Positions 18,807-26,575 of a stretch of 64,000 nt of DNA are shown piece after piece (positions within the stretch are counted from its first letter, which is position 1; each line of letters starts with the position of its first letter). The position numbers and the translations under genes are program-made. The notes under the pieces are model-generated. The model saw only the letters and a list, made by a program, of their open reading frames with translations, made no database searches and had not been told where the DNA came from. Origin of the DNA: a virus (lineage: Duplodnaviria > Caudoviricetes); the IMG/VR virus record IMGVR_UViG_2775507244_000004. One strand, written 5' to 3'.

Positions 18807-18847
18807 CCCCTGTAGGGCTGGATTGACGCGTGGCTGCTGGCGAGCAT
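18807..18847 (+). promoter_or_regulatory. Late promoter motif copy 1
   Basis: CCCCTGTAGGGCTGGA-19nt-GAGCAT before terS. Confidence 0.75.
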
Positions 18848-18854
18848 GCCGCGC

Positions 18855-19487
18855 ATGACTCGTAAGACCGCCACGTCCACCGATCCGAAGAAGCCGGCCG
18901 CGAGGAAGCGAGTCGCCGGCACCGCTGCGCGCAAGGCTGCAGCAAAAGCACCGGCCAACCCGTTCAAGATCAACAGCAAGGAATGGAACCGCGAGAAAGT
19001 CATGGATGCGGTGTGCAATGCGATCGCATCAAGCTCGAAGAGCATCACCACCATTCTGGCCGCCGGGCACCAAGGCCACCCGCTTCCCGATTATGCAACT
19101 GTCGCACGCTGGCTGAATGAGAAAGACGAGAACGGCGCCAACCCGATCTGCGACCAGTACGCGCGCGCGAAGGAGGCCCAGGCTGAGTTCATGGCCGAAG
19201 AGCTGGCCGAACTTCACAACAAGGCGTGGGTGCCTGTCCTCGATCCAGATACCGGGATGCCCATCGTGGTCGACGGCAGGCCGCTGATGACCGTCGATAA
19301 GGCGTCGGCAGCGATCGTGCGCTTGGAGGCCGACAACAAGAAGTGGCTTATGGGCAAACTCAAGCCCCGCCGCTTTGGCGACAAGGTCACGCAGGAGCAC
19401 GTCGGCGAGGGAGGAGGGCCGATCAAGGCCCGCATTGCCGTTGAGTTCGTGCGCCCGCCCGCTCGAAGCGAGGATGACGAGTCGTGA
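18855..19487 (+). CDS. terS: Terminase small subunit
   Basis: PDYATVARWL...QYARAKEAQAEFMAEEL...RLEADNKKWLMGKLKPRRFGDK. Confidence 0.9.
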   Translation: MTRKTATSTDPKKPAARKRVAGTAARKAAAKAPANPFKINSKEWNREKVMDAVCNAIASSSKSITTILAAGHQGHPLPDYATVARWLNEKDENGANPICDQYARAKEAQAEFMAEELAELHNKAWVPVLDPDTGMPIVVDGRPLMTVDKASAAIVRLEADNKKWLMGKLKPRRFGDKVTQEHVGEGGGPIKARIAVEFVRPPARSEDDES

Positions 19488-20761
19488 TGCTCGCCGAGCC
19501 GCCAATAGCAAAGCTGCAGATCACCGAGAAGCTGGAAGGGCTTTTCACGCCACGCCGCTACAAGGTGATGCACGGCGGCCGTGGTGGCGGGAAATCGTGG
19601 GCTGTCGCTGCCGCGCTGCTGGTGCTTGCCGCAGACAGGCCGCTTCGCATCCTGTGTGCGCGCGAGGTTCAGAAGTCGATGCGCGACTCGGTGCATCGCC
19701 TGCTGAAGGACACGATCGTGCGCCTTGGTCTTCAGGACTTCTACGAGGTGCTCGATACCGAGATCCGCGGCGCCAACGGCTCGATGTTCCTGTTCTCCGG
19801 CCTGCAGTCGCACACCGTCGATTCGATCAAGTCATTCGAGGGCGTGGACGTTGTGTGGGTCGAGGAGGCCCACGGCGTCAGCAAGAAGTCATGGGACGTG
19901 CTCATCCCGACCATCCGCAAGGACGGATCGGAGATATGGCTGACGCTCAACCCGGACATGGACACCGACGAGACGTACCAGCGATTCATCGCAACGCCGT
20001 CGCCCGACACCTGGGTTTGCGAGATCAACTGGCGCGACAATCCGTGGTTCCCGGAAGTGCTGAACCAGGAGCGGTTGAAGGCCAAGCGCTCGATGCTGCT
20101 GGAGGATTACGAGCACATCTGGGAAGGCAAACCGCGCACCGTAGCCGAAGGTGCGATCTATCGCCACGAGATCCAAGCGCTCTACGCCGAGAACCGCGTC
20201 GCGCGCGTGCCCTACGACCCGCTGCTGCCGGTGCACACCGTGTGGGACTTGGGGTGGAACGACGCCATGACCATCGGCTTCGTGCAGCGCTCGCCAATGG
20301 ACGTCCGGATCATCGACTACATCGAGGACTCGCACCGCACGCTCGACTGGTATGTGGCGCAGATCGAGCGCCGCCCGTATCGCTGGGGTCACGACTATCT
20401 GCCGCACGATGGCCGCACGCGCAATTTCCAGACGGGAAAGAGCACCGAGGATCTTCTGCGAGAAATGGGGCGTAAGCCGATCGTTCTGGCACAGACAAGC
20501 GTCGAGGAAGGCATCAAGGTCGCCCGCATGCTGTTCCCACGGTGCTATTTCGACCAAGACAAGACCAGCCGGCTGCTGGAGTGCCTGAAGCGCTACCGCC
20601 GCGCGCTGCACACGCAGACTGGCGAACCCATGGGGCCGCTGCACGACGAGTTCAGCCACGGCAGCGACATGTTCCGCTACATCGGCCAAGCCGTTCCGGT
20701 GATGCCGGCCTCGATGGAACAGAACTACGAAGAACCCCCGCCGCCCGACTGGCGCACCTGA
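19484..20761 (+). CDS. terL: Terminase large subunit (PBSX type)
   Basis: HGGRGGGKSW, CAREVQKS, VWVEEA, WDLGWND, SHGSDMFRY. Confidence 0.95.
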   Translation: MMLAEPPIAKLQITEKLEGLFTPRRYKVMHGGRGGGKSWAVAAALLVLAADRPLRILCAREVQKSMRDSVHRLLKDTIVRLGLQDFYEVLDTEIRGANGSMFLFSGLQSHTVDSIKSFEGVDVVWVEEAHGVSKKSWDVLIPTIRKDGSEIWLTLNPDMDTDETYQRFIATPSPDTWVCEINWRDNPWFPEVLNQERLKAKRSMLLEDYEHIWEGKPRTVAEGAIYRHEIQALYAENRVARVPYDPLLPVHTVWDLGWNDAMTIGFVQRSPMDVRIIDYIEDSHRTLDWYVAQIERRPYRWGHDYLPHDGRTRNFQTGKSTEDLLREMGRKPIVLAQTSVEEGIKVARMLFPRCYFDQDKTSRLLECLKRYRRALHTQTGEPMGPLHDEFSHGSDMFRYIGQAVPVMPASMEQNYEEPPPPDWRT

Positions 20762-20779
20762 CCCACACCGGAGCGAACG

Positions 20780-23023
20780 ATGCTCGCAGAACAGACCCAC
20801 ACCACCGACGAAACGGAACTGCAACCGGCCGACGCGCCGATCACCGTCGACGAGTTCGCCCAGTTCGTGCGTGAGGCGATCAACCAGCAACCCTGGCGCG
20901 CGAACGCGGACAAGGAAGCAGACTACGCCGACGGCAATCAGCTGGATAGCGAACTGCTGCAGCGGCAGAAGATGCTCGGCATTCCGCCGGCCAAGGAGAA
21001 CATCATCGGCCCGGCCATTCGCGCGGTGTGCGGCTACGAGGCCAAGACGCGCACGGACTGGCGCGTGACGCCCGACGGCGACCCGCAAGGGCAGGACGTC
21101 GCCGACGCGCTGAACTACCGGCTCAACCAAGCCGAACGGCACAGTCGCGCCGATCGCGCGCTGTCCGATGCTTTCCGATCTGCCGCGACCGTCGGAATCG
21201 GCTGGGTGGAGGTCACGCGCGCCTCGAACGCGCTCCAGTTCCCGTACAAGTGCCGCGCAGTCCACCGGAACGAAATCTGGTGGGACATGCAGAGCGTCGA
21301 GCCGGATCTGGAAGACGCCCGCTGGCTGTTCCGCCGTCGCTGGGTGGATAGGCAGCGCGCTGCGCGCATGTTCCCCGAGCACGCCACGATCATCATGCAC
21401 TCCGCGGACAAGTGGATTGCGGATCTGGCCGGCGAAATGCTCGAAGGCGGGCAGTCAACCGGGCTCGCCCAGGCCATCGACGCAGAGCGCGCATGGACCG
21501 TGCAGGAAGACAACTGGTACAACGACGAGAACCAGCAGGTTTGCCTGACCGAGCTCTGGTATCGCCGCTGGGCCGAGGTCACAATCCTGCGAGCGCACAC
21601 CGGCCGCGCTGTCGAGTACGACCCGAGCAACCCGGCCCACGATGCGATGCTGCATGCTGGGCGTGGCGTGCTGGAGCGCCAGATCATCCCGAAGATGCGC
21701 CGCGCCTACTTCATGGGGCCGCACTGCCTGCATGACGGCCCGACGCCGCACCCGCACCAGCACTTCCCCTACGTGCCCGTGTGGGGGAACCGCGAGGACA
21801 TGACCGGGATTCCCTACGGGCTCGTGCGCGACATGCTGTTCCCGCAGGACAACCTCAACGCCTCGATCAGCAAGCTGCGCTGGGGCATGTCGGCGACGCG
21901 CATCGAGCGCACAAAGGGCGCGGTCGCCATGACGGATGAGGTGTTCCGGCGCATGGCTGCCCGCGTCGACGCCGACATCACCCTAGATGCGGACCATATG
22001 GCCCGGCCCGGCGCGCGTTTCGAGGTCAAGCGCGACTTCCAACTGAATGCGCAGCAGTTCGATCTGATGAACGACTCGCGCCGCGCAATGGAGCGCGTCA
22101 GCGGGATCACGGCAGCCTTCCAGGGCCAGAAGGGCACCGCAGCATCGGGTATTCAGGAGCAGACGCAGCTTGAGCAGTCCCAGGTCGCCGTCGCCGATCT
22201 GATGGACAACTTCAAGGAAGCGCGGCGCATGGTGGGCGAATTGCTGATGTCGCTCATCATCACCGACATGGGCAAGGCCGAGCAGACCATCGTGATCGAG
22301 GGCGACACGCTCAATCCGCCGCGGACCGTCGTGCTGAATCACCCCGAGATCGATCCCGACACCGGCATCCAGTACCTGAGCAACGACGTGCAGCGCACCC
22401 GCCTGATGGTCGCCCTCGAGGATGTGCCCAGTTCCAGCAGCTTCCGCGCACAGCAACTGGCCGCACTGTCTGAGTCGGTGAAGTCACTGCCGCAAAAGCT
22501 TCAGACGGTCGTGATGCCGTTCATGATCGACCTCATGGATCTGCCGCGTAAGGATCAGATCGTGCAGGCCATTCGACAGGCGACGGCGCAGGCGGACCCC
22601 GAGCAGTTGCGCGAGCAGATCAAGCGCGAACTGATGTTCGAGCTCAAGGAGCGCGAGCTCGCTATCAAGGAATCCGAGAGCGAGGCCAAGATCAAGAAGC
22701 TGATGGCCGAAGCGGTGCAGACCGGCGTGCAGGCGGCATTCAGCGCGATGCAGGCCGGCGCGCAAGTCGCACACATGCCGCAGATCGCTCCGATCGCCGA
22801 CGTCGTGATGCAGGGAGCAGGCTACAAGCGCCCGAATCCGATGGGCGACGACCCCAACTTCCCGCAGCCGACCGCGCCCGCCGTCGCAGAACAGGCCCAG
22901 GCTGCGCCCGAGGTGCGGCAGAATACCAGCCCGACGTTCCCCCCGGTGCCGGACGAGGGCGCTTCGCCCATGGCAGGGATTGAGACGCCGGAGACGCGTG
23001 ACAATCTCACGGAACCATCGTAG
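20780..23023 (+). CDS. Portal protein (P22/podovirus-like)
   Basis: DYADGNQ, FPYVPVW...PYGLVRDMLFPQDNLN, ASGI; follows terL. Confidence 0.88.
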   Translation: MLAEQTHTTDETELQPADAPITVDEFAQFVREAINQQPWRANADKEADYADGNQLDSELLQRQKMLGIPPAKENIIGPAIRAVCGYEAKTRTDWRVTPDGDPQGQDVADALNYRLNQAERHSRADRALSDAFRSAATVGIGWVEVTRASNALQFPYKCRAVHRNEIWWDMQSVEPDLEDARWLFRRRWVDRQRAARMFPEHATIIMHSADKWIADLAGEMLEGGQSTGLAQAIDAERAWTVQEDNWYNDENQQVCLTELWYRRWAEVTILRAHTGRAVEYDPSNPAHDAMLHAGRGVLERQIIPKMRRAYFMGPHCLHDGPTPHPHQHFPYVPVWGNREDMTGIPYGLVRDMLFPQDNLNASISKLRWGMSATRIERTKGAVAMTDEVFRRMAARVDADITLDADHMARPGARFEVKRDFQLNAQQFDLMNDSRRAMERVSGITAAFQGQKGTAASGIQEQTQLEQSQVAVADLMDNFKEARRMVGELLMSLIITDMGKAEQTIVIEGDTLNPPRTVVLNHPEIDPDTGIQYLSNDVQRTRLMVALEDVPSSSSFRAQQLAALSESVKSLPQKLQTVVMPFMIDLMDLPRKDQIVQAIRQATAQADPEQLREQIKRELMFELKERELAIKESESEAKIKKLMAEAVQTGVQAAFSAMQAGAQVAHMPQIAPIADVVMQGAGYKRPNPMGDDPNFPQPTAPAVAEQAQAAPEVRQNTSPTFPPVPDEGASPMAGIETPETRDNLTEPS

Positions 23024-23028
23024 ACACC

Positions 23029-23058
23029 GAACAGCCCGTCAAGAGCGGGCTGTTCTTC
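23029..23058. terminator. Terminator after portal
   Basis: GAACAGCCCG...CGGGCTGTTC hairpin then TTC. Confidence 0.7.
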
Positions 23059-23241
23059 GATTAAGGCGCCACCTTCAGGTCAGTCGCCGGGGCCGCATTC
23101 GAAGCGGACATGCAACTCTTCGTTCTGTTTGGGGCGGTGAGAAGTGTCCCTGAACGGAAATTCAGCACTATATTTTGTATGGCAGAACGATTGATACACG
23201 AGGATTTTTGCAACCCTCTGTTTTTAAACTAATTTATTTTT

Positions 23242-23270
23242 TTGCGCTAGCGGCGAGTTAGCGCTATTCT
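23242..23270 (+). promoter_or_regulatory. Moron sense promoter P1 with palindrome
   Basis: TTGCGC-17-TATTCT after AT-rich UP-like tract; GCGCTA-N9-TAGCGC overlaps. Confidence 0.6.
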
Positions 23271-23281
23271 TCTGCTCGTTC

Positions 23282-23405
23282 AAAAAGCAAAACCCGAGCC
23301 AGCTTTTCATAGCAGACTCGGGTCTGAATTGGGTGTGCTGAGTTGCAGGTAGCGGTCTTCATGGTCATGAAGAGTTACCTGCGCTTTAAATATTTTCTCA
23401 ACAAC
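23282..23405 (-). ncRNA. Antisense sRNA 1
   Basis: Minus promoter TTGACG-18-TATAAT (23441-23412); internal stem 23345-23382; terminator hairpin 23292-23323 plus TTTTGCTTTTT. Confidence 0.7.
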
Positions 23406-23625
23406 CAAAGAATTATAGGGGGGTCATCGCTGTTTCGTCAAGGGTTTTCAGAGCGCACACCTAAGGGCGATCGCCTGCCCATTCTTCAATGGTAAGGACA
23501 GGTTATCCATAAGGCGTGCTTCCATCTGGCGGCAATCTGGTTTGTGCGGCTCGCTTCGTGCTCGAGGTGAATATGGCAGGCCGGGCGCAGCTAGTGTGAA
23601 TGGGATACGTGAGAGCGTCCGTAGG

Positions 23626-23654
23626 TTGACTGGTGTTATCTAAATGGATAAGAT
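23626..23654 (+). promoter_or_regulatory. Promoter of XRE/ImmA operon with palindromic operator
   Basis: TTGACT-17-TAAGAT; TTATC-N6-GATAA at 23636-23651. Confidence 0.7.
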
Positions 23655-23728
23655 CGTTGCCGTATGGAAAACATTGTGTGCTAAAAGGTTTTCCGAGAGC
23701 GCATGGTGTATGGCGAAAGGAGCCTGGC

Positions 23729-24106
23729 ATGAAACTCACACCGTTTGGAGAGTTGGCGCGCCAACTTAGGATGAAAAACGGCTTGACCTTGAAATCGATG
23801 GCCGAAGCAATGGGTATCAGTTCTGCGCACCTCAGTTCGATTGAGTTCGGGGAGAAGAAGCTGAACGACAAACATACCCAGTCGGCGCTGGACTATTTCT
23901 CCGTCTTGTGTAGCCCGGAGCAGCTAGGGGCGCTGCGGACCGCTGCAGATATGTCCAAGGATTTCGTGAGCACTGAGGCTCTGAATGGAGATGCGAAACA
24001 CTTGGTGGCAGCGTTCGCCCGCAGGCTTCAAGAAGGGGCCACCCCTTCTGACGAATTTACCCGGTGGCTATCGGAGCTGGATAAAACGGGAGACTCAAGA
24101 AAATGA
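23729..24106 (+). CDS. XRE-family HTH regulator
   Basis: FGELARQLRMKNGLTLKSMAEAMGISSAHLSSIEFGEK; AAGGAG RBS. Confidence 0.9.
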   Translation: MKLTPFGELARQLRMKNGLTLKSMAEAMGISSAHLSSIEFGEKKLNDKHTQSALDYFSVLCSPEQLGALRTAADMSKDFVSTEALNGDAKHLVAAFARRLQEGATPSDEFTRWLSELDKTGDSRK

Positions 24107-24696
24107 CAACGATTTGCGTCGGGGGGCGACTGAGATCCCCCACTGGCTACAAGGTTGCGCCGCAAAGTTATGCAAAGCTTGAGGCGATAGCGGACGAACT
24201 GAGGGGGGTGCTCCCCACTACACCCGGTAGTTCGATCCGCTTGGATTGTGTGCGGATTCTTGAAGAGCTGTTACCACACGCTGGCTACAAGTTGAAGGTC
24301 GAGGAGGTGGACAAAGTGCATGACTGCGCCGCCTTTGCGGTGCCACAGAAACAGTTGATCGTCTTCCGGGCGGATATCTACGATTTGGTCCATGAGGATC
24401 ATGTCTTTGGGCGCAGCACGGTTGTTCATGAGATGTCGCACATCGTACTGAACCACGCGCTCACACTCCAGCGAGGCGCTGGAGCTGAATCGCACCGGTT
24501 TTTCGAGGACTCCGAATGGCAGGCAAAGGCTCTCACCGCTGCGATCATGATGCCCATCGAGGCATGTAACTCGATTGCATCGGTCGCTGACCTCGCTGAG
24601 GCATGTGGAACGAGTGTTGAGAGTGCAAGTTATCGTCTAGCGCGGCTTGCGAAAGACGGCATTCTCAGGCGCCTGCCACACGGCCTAGGAGTGTGA
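24103..24696 (+). CDS. ImmA/IrrE-family zinc metallopeptidase
   Basis: RSTVVHEMSHIVLNH (HExxH), SEWQAKALTAAIMMP, C-terminal HTH-like LAEACGTSVESASYRL. Confidence 0.9.
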   Translation: MTTICVGGRLRSPTGYKVAPQSYAKLEAIADELRGVLPTTPGSSIRLDCVRILEELLPHAGYKLKVEEVDKVHDCAAFAVPQKQLIVFRADIYDLVHEDHVFGRSTVVHEMSHIVLNHALTLQRGAGAESHRFFEDSEWQAKALTAAIMMPIEACNSIASVADLAEACGTSVESASYRLARLAKDGILRRLPHGLGV

Positions 24697-24714
24697 GAGT
24701 GACCTTAACACTCC

Positions 24715-24825
24715 AAAAGAAAAGAGCCCAGAAGTGTTCCACCACTTCCAGGCTCCTTGGTAAGGCGAAAAAGGGTCTGCCTTACCTCTCTGACCGCACT
24801 TTGTCAAGAGTTGTCTTGGGGAAGA
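24715..24825 (-). ncRNA. Antisense sRNA 2
   Basis: Minus promoter TTGCCC-18-TACACT (24861-24832); stem GGTAAGGC/GCCTTACC 24759-24786; terminator hairpin 24724-24755 plus TTTTCTTTT. Confidence 0.65.
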
Positions 24826-24898
24826 CACTGAAGTGTAGTACTGACGAAGGCGCCAGGGCAAGTCAAAACCCTCTAACGTTCTATCGGAGGTGCCTATC

Positions 24899-25018
24899 AT
24901 GGCGTACCCCTTTGTTAAGGACGTCTTCGTGCGCGCATACCGCCGGTTCCGTTTCGGAAGGTGGGAAACGGTGGTTCAGCACTGGCGTTCGTCTCCTGGT
25001 CAACTCAGTCTCTTCTGA
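24899..25018 (+). CDS. 39-aa basic micro-protein ending in QLSLF
   Basis: GGAGGT RBS; MAYPFVKDVFVRAYRRFRFGRWETVVQHWRSSPGQLSLF. Confidence 0.75.
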   Translation: MAYPFVKDVFVRAYRRFRFGRWETVVQHWRSSPGQLSLF

Positions 25019-25045
25019 TTGATCCGGACGGCGAATAGCCGGCTC

Positions 25046-25144
25046 AAAGGAAAGGGCGCCCAAGCTGCAACTTGGGCGCCCCGAGGTAAAAGGGTACTGA
25101 ACCGACGGCCCAGTATCCCTCTCACGAATGCTTTGGCAAAAGCG
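25046..25144 (-). ncRNA. Antisense sRNA 3
   Basis: Minus promoter TTGCGA-18-TAGCAT (25180-25151); stem 25091-25120; perfect 11-bp terminator hairpin 25054-25081 plus TTTCCTTT. Confidence 0.65.
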
Positions 25145-25219
25145 AGCACTATGCTACGCCGTATTCGGCAGGTCTCGCAAGGTCGTGAGTGTTGATAGCG
25201 CCTGACCTGTGAGGTTTAT

Positions 25220-25366
25220 ATGGTACAGAGCGACCTTTTCGATCCCTCGGCTGAACAAGGCGATGTCATCTTCAGGATGACAATCCGCCTCAAGAACGGC
25301 AAGGTGATTCGTCGCGCAAACGGACGTCCGTTCAGGATCGTTGTCCGCCGCAAGCGCAACGACTGA
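25220..25366 (+). CDS. 48-aa basic micro-protein with N-terminal QSDLF
   Basis: GAGGT RBS; MVQSDLFDPSAEQGDVIFRMTIRLKNGKVIRRANGRPFRIVVRRKRND. Confidence 0.75.
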   Translation: MVQSDLFDPSAEQGDVIFRMTIRLKNGKVIRRANGRPFRIVVRRKRND

Positions 25367-25413
25367 TGGCCTGCAACACACGCCGAACTTGTTCGGAGCC
25401 TCAATGAGGCCAA

Positions 25414-25437
25414 GCCCGCCCCGTGCGGGCATTTTTT
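25414..25437 (+). terminator. Terminator closing the moron
   Basis: GCCCGC-N5-GCGGGC then ATTTTTT. Confidence 0.75.
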
Positions 25438-25504
25438 CGTGCCTAGATCTCACGACAGGCTGTTGAAAGCAAGAATGCGCGTAGCGCGACTACTCATTCC
25501 GACC

Positions 25505-25546
25505 CCCCTGTAGGGCTGGAGCTTCACGTGTTCGCCCAATGACACT
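25505..25546 (+). promoter_or_regulatory. Late promoter motif copy 2
   Basis: CCCCTGTAGGGCTGGA-20nt-GACACT before scaffold gene. Confidence 0.75.
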
Positions 25547-25586
25547 GCCTGCGCATTGTTGCAAGCAGCTTTGGAGAAGCGCGCAC

Positions 25587-26555
25587 ATGAGCATGACCGC
25601 CGCCGAACTTCTGGAGTCCGCCCTGGATGGGACGCTTCAGGAAGATGACGCACACACCGAGCAGTCGCACGCCGCCGTCACTGACGACGCGCCCGCTGCC
25701 GTCTCTACCGAAGGCCAAGACCAGCCGCAGGCCGGCGCCACCGAGACGGAAGTCGAGGGCGCACCGATCCTGAGCAAGTCCGGCGCCTACACGATCCCCT
25801 ACGAGAAGCTGGCCGAGGCCCGTAACGAGCGCAACGCATTGCGCGAGCGCGTCGAGCAGCTTGAGCAGCACATCGCAGGGCTGTCCTCGCAGCAACAGCA
25901 GAACATCGCAACCGCCCAGGCCGATGCACAAGACCGCGCAGCCGCCGGTCAAGGGCAGACCGCAGCCGATGCGAACCTCGCTGCCGCTACGCAGGCCATG
26001 GCCGAAGGTGTCGACGTGTCGATCTTCGGCGATTTCTCGGAAGAGGATCTTGCGAAGGGGGTGGCCGAGTTGAATCGCCGCGCAATGGCCCAGGTCGAGT
26101 CTCGACTGATGGCCGCGCTGGACGATCGCCTCGCCCCTCTTCGTGCCCAGGAAGCCAAGACCGCGACGAGCGCCCACTACGACGCCATCTACGCCGCCCA
26201 CAAGGACGCGGACGAGATCGTCGAGTCGGCCGAGTTCGCGTCGTGGCGCGACAGTCTGCCCGCATTCGCCAAGTCCGGCGTCGAGCACGCGCTGACCAAG
26301 GGCTCCGCGCAAGAGGTGATCGAGGTCTTCAACGCATTCCGCGCAACCAAGCCGCAGCAGCCCAGTACCGCACGCACCGCGCCGGAGGCGCCCGCCCTTC
26401 GCGTGCCCAACTCCCTGTCCGATGTGCCTGGAGCGGCGCCGATGGACGAAACGCAGCAGACCCTCGCCGCAGCCGGGAATGCAGCCGCATTGCTCGAACG
26501 CATGGGCTCCATGTCCTCGGACCGCATCGACGACCTGCTGGACAACCTCATCTGA
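25587..26555 (+). CDS. Capsid scaffolding protein
   Basis: Acidic N-terminus, TIPYEKLAEAR coiled coil; precedes capsid gene. Confidence 0.75.
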   Translation: MSMTAAELLESALDGTLQEDDAHTEQSHAAVTDDAPAAVSTEGQDQPQAGATETEVEGAPILSKSGAYTIPYEKLAEARNERNALRERVEQLEQHIAGLSSQQQQNIATAQADAQDRAAAGQGQTAADANLAAATQAMAEGVDVSIFGDFSEEDLAKGVAELNRRAMAQVESRLMAALDDRLAPLRAQEAKTATSAHYDAIYAAHKDADEIVESAEFASWRDSLPAFAKSGVEHALTKGSAQEVIEVFNAFRATKPQQPSTARTAPEAPALRVPNSLSDVPGAAPMDETQQTLAAAGNAAALLERMGSMSSDRIDDLLDNLI

Positions 26556-26575
26556 ACGCATAGGAGTCATTGAAC

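Noticed and set aside
19889-21400. Long antisense ORFs such as this one (also 35988-37640, 42704-44482, 60288-62408)
   Set aside because: Shadow frames of GC-rich genes with no motifs of their own
23633-23728. N-terminal extension of the XRE ORF
   Set aside because: Starts inside the promoter; AAGGAG supports ATG 23729
24693-25022. 109-aa ORF from the track downstream of ImmA
   Set aside because: Runs through terminator-like hairpins with no recognisable features; the 39-aa ORF in another frame has a much better RBS
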